Below are positions 55,076-64,000 of a stretch of 64,000 nt of DNA, piece by piece. The stretch's first letter is position 1; the number at the start of each line of letters is the position of its first letter. The stretch lies in contig CM082579.2 in assembly GCA_040954595.2 (NCBI GenBank), forward strand, positions 1,997,908 through 2,061,907, written 5' to 3'. Made by a program: the position numbers and the translations under genes. Below the pieces are notes generated by a model. That model was not told the DNA's origin. It did no database searches and was given only the letters and a program-made list of their open reading frames with translations. Source of the stretch: Balanoglossus misakiensis (taxonomy: Eukaryota; Animalia; Hemichordata).

Positions 55076-55143
55076 ATCACTACCATCATTCATCATCACC
55101 ATCACCACTACCAACACCATCATCATCAAAACAATCAGCAGCA
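55076..55143. repeat. Degenerate (ATC/ACC)n microsatellite
   Basis: atcactaccatcattcatcatcaccatcaccactaccaacaccatcatcatc. Confidence 0.75.
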
Positions 55144-55348
55144 TTCACTTTCTCTCTCCACACAGTCATCTTACTATCCCCAATCAAACACAGACACATG
55201 GCCACACAGAGTCACTCTACTTCATGACTTCACACCAGGTGCACCAACACTCTAGCAGTAACCATGACAAAAGTATCACTCAAATGTGATTAACACTCAG
55301 CACAACAGCACGTACAAAGATGGACACTGAGCAAAACAAACCGCTTAC

Positions 55349-55485
55349 TTTTGGATCATGTTTCTTGAAATCTGGTTCCTCCTCATCCACTTCAAAGTAG
55401 AGTTCATTGGATGTAATTGACAGAGTCCCTTTAGCGTAGACCGCAGGTGCTATCAGAGAACATGCTGTACTGTACACAAGTGGTC
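55349..55485 (-). CDS. NBEA: Neurobeachin/LRBA exon, first half of the BEACH-associated PH domain (137 nt)
   Basis: (G)PLVYSTACSLIAPAVYAKGTLSITSNELYFEVDEEEPDFKKHDPK. cag/gtaagc, phases 1 to 0. Confidence 0.95.
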
Positions 55486-56410
55486 CTGAAATGTAATTTC
55501 CACATGTAAGCTGCAGATAGTGAACATCTTTACTAGATTGGTGAAGCAATGATTCAATTTGTATTCTTTTACATGCAAAGCCATGATTCCTCATGTAAAG
55601 TTTTTGCACAACATGTTTTAATTATCCACGGCCCCTTATAGCCCTGATATTTCTGTTATTTTCGCTGGCAAACGTTGCAGGACATTTGCACACTTTTACT
55701 CAGTGTACCTGGTGTCAACTGGGCAACATTCATGTACATGTTTCATGTGTAGTACAGCAGCAAAAAATATAAACTTCCCTAGTGTGCACAGTTCTATGCT
55801 TGACACCTTTTTTGAGTATTTTTCTTGAAACAAAACTGATGCAAAATTTGCTGCTCAAACATCGGATGACTATTGTCTCCAACTTGAATTAACGGCGAGT
55901 GACACAAAGTGACGCTTCAGTTGATAACTGATCAATTGCTAATAACACTGTCTCTATCTACTATAAACAGCTGCCAGAACTAGGTCATTATAATTATGTC
56001 TTCATAAAAAAAAACTAAATTGAAAAAATAATACAATGGAGATGACAAAAATTAATTTGGCAGTTCAATCTACATAAGTGAATATTTTATTATATTTCTC
56101 CTGAATTGTAAGAATGAAATAATGAAAAATTCATAATCAGTATAGTCATCAAGCAAACCTTCCAACATTCCTTGATCACATTTACAACAATAGACATGCA
56201 AGGAAATGCAGTCAACCATCAAAAGGTCATCAGGTCAACATGTGCTTTGTATATGTACTACATTGGTTTAGGGGGTTAGTACTCTGGGGTAGCTGAGTAG
56301 TTGGTGGGGGGATAGGATAGGGTGGAGGTGCAAGTCTGTACGTGATTCTAGGAAAATACTAACAAAGCATAAAATAACAAACTTTGGGAAAAACAAAGAG
56401 AGAAACGTAC

Positions 56411-56557
56411 CATTCAATTCACTATCCAAATCCATGTCTTCTACCTGGTTGCTAAGATCATCTTCCAAATCGGCTTGCTGATCTTCCAGTCTTCGGTTGG
56501 TTGCTAGTTGGGCATGAATTGCCTCTCTAGCTTTCTTCACAACATCATCAGCAGCAC
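56411..56557 (-). CDS. NBEA: Neurobeachin/LRBA exon (147 nt), acidic linker before the PH domain
   Basis: (G)AADDVVKKAREAIHAQLATNRRLEDQQADLEDDLSNQVEDMDLDSELN. aag/gtacgt, phase 1-1. Confidence 0.85.
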
Positions 56558-56747
56558 CTTTACGGACACACAAGCAATTGGGTTTAGGGGAATTTCATGC
56601 CACAATGTCATGTCAGATATAGACAACTGTCACATCATAGGGAATATGGTTTTCTTGCACATAAAAAATAACTGTGTATGATTTTCCTCATTTCACTCAT
56701 TCTCTTAAACATCATCCATAACACTGGCTATTTTCTTTTGGTCTTAC

Positions 56748-56869
56748 CATGCTCCATGGCTGCTTTCAAAGTTGCATCCGGATGTGTAGTGCCGTATGGA
56801 TTCCGTACAAGTCTTCTCTTCCGGCGGTTGTTGTCTTCCCATGTGTCTAATTTGAAGAACTCTTTCATT
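56748..56869 (-). CDS. NBEA: Neurobeachin/LRBA exon (122 nt)
   Basis: (R)[40 protein letters not shown], matching the NBEA FW.LD.WED..RRRRRF.RN..GS.H motif. aag/gtaaga, phases 2 to 1. Confidence 0.93.
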
Positions 56870-57091
56870 CTTTGAAATGGAAGAAAATGTACAATATTTT
56901 ACTTTTGTGTGTATAGAAGTTGCAGTGCGTTTGCCTTGAAAGCATGCGACAGCCATGTGACAATTTTTGCTACTAAAATGTGACAATGATGATAACGCCC
57001 TGTGACAAGCTTGGGTAACAGACACAACCTGCTACATGTAACACTCCTGCATAAAGCAGAACATAATTATTTTATCTATTTTGTCACAAAC

Positions 57092-57255
57092 CTTTCCTTG
57101 GTTGTCCAAGCACCATGCTTATTGATAAGTAGTCCCAATATCTTCTGCAGGACTTGGTTGGCTGTCATGTGGTCTCTGTGCCGAGCGGCCGTAATCAAGT
57201 GGTCACACAAACGCTCCTCTTCTTTGCGTTCGACCGAGGATGTTGCACTTTGTGA
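57092..57255 (-). CDS. NBEA: Neurobeachin/LRBA exon (164 nt)
   Basis: SQSATSSVERKEEERLCDHLITAARHRDHMTANQVLQKILGLLINKHGAWTTKE. aag acceptor, gtttgt donor, phases 0 to 2. Confidence 0.92.
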
Positions 57256-57444
57256 CTTGTGGGTTAGAGAAAATAGAAATATGTTTCAATATGTGTAGAC
57301 GTGTATGCATACATGTGTACCAAGGTATATCACGATTTTATAATTTCAGTACTTCAGTCAGTACTCTCCAAAAGACCACTGGTCTTGTCAATTGTCTATA
57401 ACAACTGGATGCAGTCTTGTAAACCTGAGGCACTCAATTCCTAC

Positions 57445-57680
57445 CTCAAAATCAGCATGTTTGACGACATCCTCCGCTCTCTGTCTGCTGAGTATGAACT
57501 CAGCTTCATTTGCAACTCTGAGGATGTGTTCTCTGGTGGCGTGCGAGTGAAGCCTTCCCTCATTGATGAGTTCAATGAAGGCTAATCCAGCATGCTTCTG
57601 AATGGAGTTCTGCCACTCCTGTGAGCAGAGTAACATCACTAATTCTATCACTGAGTTGGACGACTTCATGCTTACGAGAC
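57445..57680 (-). CDS. NBEA: Neurobeachin/LRBA exon, DUF1088 region (236 nt)
   Basis: (G)[43 protein letters not shown]...[21 protein letters not shown]. cag/gtagga, phases 1 to 0. Confidence 0.96.
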
Positions 57681-57799
57681 CTGTTGTGTAAAAAATACAG
57701 GGAGGTAAGACGTTTACAGTATAGCGAACACTTTTCAACTGAATATCTTTTTCTATGACTTTATATTATATAACTCAAAGAGAGAATTCAAAAGCTTAC

Positions 57800-58949
57800 C
57801 TTCAATAAGTAATTCTTGTCCATGACTTCCAACTAAAGTCTTGGAGAGAAACTGAGCAAAATCTACAAAAATTTCTCTGAGCAATGGTGCTGTTGTTTCT
57901 AACGATCGCTGTAATCTCTCATCCACACTTCCACCGCCCCAACAAACAATATCTGGTGGCAGACTTTGTGCTTCAGTTAACGAGGGACCAGTGACAGAAG
58001 CTGATCCGTTCCACGAAGCGCTTGCCGGTGGAGGACCAGTGGGAAGAGACATGTGTCCGTTGTCGTTGGCCTTTCCGGCTCTCCTGGCCAGTCGGCGTTT
58101 CTCTTCTTCGATGGCCGGAGTCCACGGCCAGGTTTGGACAGCCCTCTTTGGCACCTCAGAGGCATTCACCACGGATGAGATTGAGGCTGTTGGCTCGATG
58201 GCGTGTGGAGTTGTGGGTTCGGATGACGGAATCACTGGGGATAACGGATAAGTCTCTGTTCCGGCATTTGTCATGACAGCAGCGGCCATGTGGTGGTCGG
58301 CATCCAACTCCACAGTGCTAAACTGGTGTTCATTATTGCTGGTTGAGATTACTGCAGGAGAGGTTGCTGTCACATTAACAGTTTCTACAGAGCTTGCAGC
58401 AGCAGAGTCTGCAGTAGTTGGCAGGATAGTTGCAGCAGGGGCTTCCAAGTCTTTCTTTTCACAGACGCTGATGACTGCAGCGCCCGTCAGCTCCACCTCT
58501 GGCTGCAGCTGTGCTGCGGCACCGTCCTGGGCGTCTGCGGCCGCACCAGCGACCGCAGAACCCGCAATGGCGGCGGCGGCAGCAGCAGCTGCAACAGGGA
58601 CAGAGCTTCGGTGTTGCTGCACCGCACCAGCAGAAGCTGCAGCAGACGGCGCAACAGCAGAAGCAGAGTCAGCAGCAATGTCGTGAGCGTGACCACCGTT
58701 AGCAGTGACGCCGTGCATCTGAGCAGCAGCAGAATTACCTTGCCCGCTGTTAGCAAATTGAAACTTGGTTGGATGACCATCAGTGCTGGTAGGAGAGTTG
58801 ATCATGCTGCGAGCTCTCTGTCTCTCATTCTCTTCCGCAGCCATGCTGTCCGATTCCGTCTCCAAAATATCTCGGTACCTGCCCACCATTAATACTGATA
58901 CAAAATACACAACTGCCAAAGCCAGGAACTGGGCTTGCTTACTCTCCTC
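57800..58949 (-). CDS. NBEA: Neurobeachin/LRBA large internal exon (1150 nt) with Ala/Ser-rich low-complexity linker
   Basis: Starts EESKQAQFLALAVVYFVSVLMVGRYRDILE and ends LETTAPLLREIFVDFAQFLSKTLVGSHGQELLIE(G); both blocks are conserved in NBEA. tag/gtaagc, phases 0 to 1. Confidence 0.93.
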
Positions 58950-59251
58950 CTATAAACAGTAACAACATACATATGTTCAATTTTTACAGGGTGTCATTGT
59001 ACTTGTAGAGGCACAGAATAAAGACTTAGATTGCTTTTTTTATCAAGTGCTTTCCAGCAACACAGGATAGTCAATACTTTACCAGTCCATAGTGAATCAC
59101 ACAAACGTTCCCTCTTATAAATTGGCAATCAAACCAGCAAATGAAAGAGAACGATGAACAAATCACAGATGAGCTCTGTGCAAAACACAATGGAAATGGA
59201 ATCTAGAATACAGGGGCCATCACATGATCCCATAGATAAATAATAACGTAC

Positions 59252-59359
59252 CACATCTCTGTACACCACAGCTCGTAGTCTGTTGATATCCATATCCTGT
59301 AGAAGTTTTTCTGGTTCTTTCACGGGTGGCGTCTGAGTGACCAGATTCTGAACAATATT
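59252..59359 (-). CDS. NBEA: Neurobeachin/LRBA internal exon (108 nt)
   Basis: [36 protein letters not shown], matching [22 protein letters not shown]. cag/gtacgt, phase 0-0. Confidence 0.95.
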
Positions 59360-61511
59360 CTGTGGAAACGTAAAACCAAGTCAAGAATTTATTATTGGAG
59401 AATATCAACTCTGCTTTATTTCCTTTTAAATTCTGTCGTCGGAGATGTATTTCCGGTAAAAAGGATGACTTGAATGAACTTTGTTTACCTTAACCACAAC
59501 CTTATCTCAAATGTTCCCAGTTAAAAAAAATTTACCATACCAGAGTTTATCAATTATTACAACAACACAGATTAAATTATCTTCTTTGCAGGGTGGAGAA
59601 GAGAAAGACAAAGAAAAGTAAGACAGAGAAGATCGATTGCGAAGGAGACAGTCCCATGACACTAAGAAAGAATGGTTAGTGAATGCAGCAACCTCGGCTG
59701 GAAGAGTGGTGTTGAAAGACGCAATGATGTGAGTACACATGTATATGGTTGTGTAGTGTGGAATGAGTTGTACGTGTTAATGTGGAAGATCACAGACATG
59801 GCAAGAGGACAGGTGTTCCAGTGTTTGATGAATTTTAACCCTTGTACATGCTAGCAAACACACACATTCAGTAATGTGTTGATGATACACATGTAAGTCT
59901 ATCATTTGAGAGGCAACAACAGTAAAGACCTAACAAAGGTACAAAACATAGATGATAGAGCCTAAATTTCTACGGCTGATTTGAATCAGACTGCTCATGG
60001 TCTGGGTTTCTAGCAATTCTCAAAATGACTACATGTGTATGTTAGAAGAGACAAATTCAATGTTCTCATAGGGCAACCATATCCTTCAGGCCAAAACATT
60101 CTAATGGAAGAGCTTAGGAAGACATGTACACAGGTAATAAACATGGTACAGTATCCACACTGACCATAGTTAAATACAATTCATGGCCTGTTCACACAAG
60201 TAAACAATAGGAAAAGACTTTTAAAAATAGTAAAACCTCAGTTGGTTATTTGAAAAGCACACAACACTGGCGTAATTATTTATGGGAAAGAACTTAATTG
60301 AATGTTTCAAATAGTTTTCAAGGCAATACTCTCGTTTTGTGATTTTAGACCAAGCAAACAAGATTCTAAAGAGAAACGTGATCTCCTCATCAAAACACAC
60401 TTGTCAGTTTGCATCAAGCTGAATCATGTCATAATTTTGATTGTCTGACAATAAAAAATGACTGACGAAATAACAGCGTCCCTCATGAATAGAGCTACAG
60501 GCATGTTTGACTGGACACCTGCTCTGTTTAATCATGCAACTCAATCATATCACGTAACATTTTGATGTTTTATGAGCAAAGATTCAGATGAACACTCTGA
60601 AATAATTCGGAAGAAATCACTCATTACTGACAAGACAGGTGATCATGCTGATCCAGTTATTCGAAATTCCCTGCTCACGAATCAAAAATCTGGTGGAAAG
60701 TGATGTGGCAGGGGAAATGACAGCAAGGAGGGATATACTTTTATTCTACTATTTGCCAGACTTAACAATTTGACCCCTGGTGCCTGTGAAATCATAAGGA
60801 GGGTTTATCCCTGAACAACGTACTAAGGTTATTCTACAAATTGCAGTTCACAGAAGCCAATGCACTGTTCACCAATGTGTGGGATGACATGTTTGAGATC
60901 TGACACCAGGTGTGAATGTCTGGCATCAAGGCTAATGGACTGTCTTCTGACACCAAAGATGTCTGGTTTTTAAAAACAACAATGTGAATGCCATTTTGTA
61001 TTTTGGTGGAAGAATCAGATTTTTTTTATTTCTACATCAATACATTTCTGGAATCAGTGCTGATGAACGGCGTGACAAGACCACTGAAATGGAAAGGTTT
61101 TGATATGTTGTGTCCTGTGTTTGTTCTGTGATGCAACACAACCTTTTCTGTAAAATATGATGACGATGACAATGACGATAGCAAAATACCAGAGTGGGTG
61201 CAAAACAATGTCAATATGGTGTGTAAGATTCAAGTATGTTTCACACGACAAACTTTTTTTTTCCAAGCAACAATTTCTAGGAGAAGGGTGGAGAGAAAAA
61301 AGTGGTCTGCAAAGTACGCATACATTGAAGATGAGACTAAGTTATGTACATGTACATGTAAAAGGAGTGACAATGCGAAAAACAGGAGCAATGATACTAT
61401 GACCTTGTGATGGCGCTATGCAAGGTATCCTATATTGAGTTGCGATGTCCAGGGCAGCGAAGGGTCACAGCACAAAATGATAATAATTAAAGAACCAAAC
61501 AAAGAAACTAC

Positions 61512-61550
61512 CTGAGAATTCGAGGCTGTGTACTCTCCAACGATGACAGA
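61512..61550 (-). CDS. NBEA: Candidate alternative 39-nt micro-exon of neurobeachin (SVIVGEYTASNSQ)
   Basis: Pyrimidine tract ttttcttcattctttactttgatttgcctcag as acceptor, cag|gtagtt donor, 13 stop-free codons, phase 0-0 matching the flanking exons. Confidence 0.55.
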
Positions 61551-62495
61551 CTGAGGCAAATCAAAGTAAAGAATGAAGAAAACAATTTAAGGAGTAAATT
61601 AATAGTGACTCAGGGAGGGAACAGCAAATTAAGAACAGCCCAATCCTTAAAATTGGAAGAAACTTTACGCGAAAAAATTAATAACTTTCAAAGTAGAACA
61701 AAATTGAAAAACATCAAGCTATTATCCATGAAATAAAGAGAAAATAGCATTCACTGTGTCAAACTAAATTCAAATGTTTGGACAGATGTGCATTAGAATA
61801 TAGCTTCACTTTTATTTCTCTTCTGTTGGCACTCAGATATTTCTTCTCAATGGGAATATCTCTCCTGTGCCTATCCTTGCATTTTTTCTGTTGTTTTCAT
61901 ACATTCCAATATTTGTGCTGAACAATATTTTTTTGGAATTCAGACAACACCAATAGTTAAGATAAAATTGGCAATTATTTTGTATCCAGAAGTTTCATTT
62001 TTTTTTTCAGTAGCTGTTTCCAATTTTATCACTTTTGTGTTCCAATTCCTGATCACATGATAAAGAACAAAAAGCTCATTTACAGAGAGTTACACATCAG
62101 CTTCTATTTAGCCTTTGGAAATTCCAATTTCCAGATTGTTTGAGGCATAGGAAATAAAAGAGCAGGGTTAGTATAATTGTGTTAGTTGTAAATACTAGAG
62201 ACAGCATGACAGGTGTGTTTGTGATCATTAGGTCATGTACGAATTTTCCTCCTGTGAAGAGAACTGGATTTGTTTGTTGATAAAGTGTGCAATAAATGTG
62301 AAATTAATTAGGCTCAATGAATTGTTATCAATATTTCAGAATCTCGATGTTTCAACCACTGGAGAATCAAGTTATTTCTTGCCATATGTATAAAAACCAA
62401 CCTCCATACATGTGCATGTATTTCCCAATAATTACAATTTTCTTTTTTTTACAGAGATCAGTCGTAAATGTTCTGAGTAAGAGACGAGTGATTAC

Positions 62496-62659
62496 CTTTG
62501 CAGATGGCTGAGTACCTTCTATAAGAGACTCAATCCTCTGTCGAGATGATTGCTTCATATCAGAGAATTCTTTCGGATTTGCGGATGTCGGCAAACTTCC
62601 AAGCCTGGGCCTATTCCTGTATCGGCATTCCAAGCAATTCCTGATGGCACAGCAGCAGG
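62496..62659 (-). CDS. NBEA: Neurobeachin/LRBA internal exon (164 nt)
   Basis: (A)CCCAIRNCLECRYRNR...IESLIEGTQPSAK, matching NBEA VCCVAVRNCLECR. cag/gtaat, phases 1 to 0. Confidence 0.92.
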
Positions 62660-62863
62660 CTGGAAGAAAGAGAGTACCACACTGTTATTTCTAGAGAAAC
62701 TTAAAACTTAAAAAGCATATTCTTCACAGGGTTAATGACACCTGTAGATAATTCAGCCACTTTGCTCTGATAGAAGTATTGAAATTATTATTGGCAACGT
62801 CTACAGATACTGCCTTATTAGCATTGTTGATCTAGCATATCCAAGAATCTCCGAGACTCTCAC

Positions 62864-63044
62864 CTAATCTCAAACACTGTCTCAGTATCCCTCCCTGTGA
62901 CATGCTCTTCTCGGCTTCCAATTCGGCAAAACTTTGATTACTGGCAAAGACCAGAACATCGACCAGATTCATAATGCGATGAATGAATGAAATGCCAACT
63001 TCTAGAGGCATCCCCTGAGTGGGCTCAATCACGTCAGGATCACT
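62864..63044 (-). CDS. NBEA: Neurobeachin/LRBA internal exon (181 nt)
   Basis: [60 protein letters not shown]. cag/gtgag, phases 0 to 1. Confidence 0.95.
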
Positions 63045-63164
63045 CTGTAAACAAAAAAACAACAACATGATAAACATCCCATGACAAATCAACAGACATG
63101 AAATCAATCACCGGTTTGGGAGCTGCCACTGAGCGCAACCACAAATATCATGTTTATTACTTAC

Positions 63165-63318
63165 AGTTCTGGAAGTGGCTGATGACAGCAAAGGCAGGAT
63201 GCCACCACATGAGTAGATGAGGTTGTCCGAGATTTGTGAGACCATCTGAGTGACATTCTGTACAAAGATGATGTTTTCGCTGGAATTGACACAGTCGATC
63301 ACTGTCTTGGTATTTTGA
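63165..63318 (-). CDS. NBEA: Neurobeachin/LRBA internal exon (154 nt)
   Basis: (S)[51 protein letters not shown]. cag acceptor, gtaagt donor, phases 2 to 0. Confidence 0.95.
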
Positions 63319-63598
63319 CTGAAACATGAAGAAATATTGGGGAAAAAGTGTTACCATTTGTATACCTCTCGGAAAACTATTAAACAAACTATAAAAGCAA
63401 CAAAAATGTTTCTGTTCTTAGCTTTTACCCCAAAATGGGATGATGTGAGTTTCAGTGTCAACCTACAACTATAAATATATGAAGTGGTAGTTACACCTTT
63501 ACTGGTCTTGAAAAAAATCGCTTTAGTTCCTTTACGGTATTTTTGTACAAAAAGACCGAAATACATGCAAGATGGAACATGGACCCTCAAGAACATAC

Positions 63599-64000
63599 CT
63601 TCTCCAAACCTGAATATCGGTTTCTATGGCAAACAACAAATCAGACATCAATCTTTGGTGCATATGAGACCATCCAAACTCTGGTATCCTGTAGGGTACT
63701 CTGTGCGGTCCGGGACTGAAATGCTGCGTCTGATAGACTCCGGTTCTAGGCCTGGCACCCGGCTGCAAATACGCCCTCTGCAGATAGCTGTTGGCGGTCT
63801 GGGTTCCCTGCTCTGATCGGATACTCTGGGATGACATGGGACTCTGGGATCCTTCCGGACTCTGAGAGTACGAAGGACTGAGCGATGCGGCCTGACTTGG
63901 CGTCTGCGACGTGCTGGAACTTTGCGAAGCTGTGGCGCTCTCCACAGCACTGCTGGACTGCGACACGTTAGAGCTGCCGGTCGGACTGCTGACTTCAGTG
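63599..64000 (-). CDS. NBEA: Neurobeachin/LRBA internal exon (5' part outside window)
   Basis: Ser/Gln-rich stretch, then [40 protein letters not shown], matching NBEA FRIPEFKWS..HQRLL.DLLFALETD. Donor ag|gtatg, phase 2. Confidence 0.93.

Larger units (their letters stand above)
1..55348 (-). other. NBEA: Giant neurobeachin intron (>55 kb, continues past the left edge) hosting Mab21
   Basis: Begins at the gtaagc donor. No recognisable next exon (expected ..GLHGKW.F.EIR..FSRRYLLQ..) was found by eye in the window. Confidence 0.75.

Noticed and set aside
57977-58892. Multiple overlapping antisense and alternate-frame ORFs
   Set aside because: Shadows of the GCN-rich NBEA exon.
1-64000. Prokaryotic systems (CRISPR arrays, CBASS around the cGAS-fold gene, operons), tRNA or rRNA genes
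   Set aside because: Spliceosomal gene structure; no repeat-spacer array, effector ORFs or cloverleaf seen. The cGAS-fold gene is the canonical animal Mab21.

Overview
Eukaryotic (animal) genomic DNA, about 40% GC, with GT-AG spliceosomal introns; probably an invertebrate bilaterian, but the taxon cannot be fixed from sequence alone. The minus strand carries 11 phase-consistent internal coding exons of a neurobeachin/LRBA (BEACH-family) gene at 55349-64000. The last of these encodes the first half of the PH domain (...DFKKHDPK) and is followed by an intron of more than 55 kb that runs off the left edge. Nested antisense in that intron is an intronless Mab21 gene (16915-17997, +, 360 aa), the known conserved Mab21-in-Nbea/Lrba arrangement. 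Features beyond the gene calls: (i) a ~40 kb CpG-rich domain (~14.45-54.45 kb) inside a CpG-poor host gene body; (ii) an intron that is largely a mosaic of very old CR1/L2/RTE-type LINE ORF2 fossils, one of which crosses the CpG boundary; (iii) a Lys-to-Met change at a normally conserved Mab21/cGAS pocket lysine; (iv) a candidate 39-nt UGC-preceded in-frame micro-exon in the host gene; (v) a young double-hairpin element with tandem G-A mismatches at the right CpG boundary. All homology calls come from motif recall and hand translation, not database searches, and TE coordinates are approximate.
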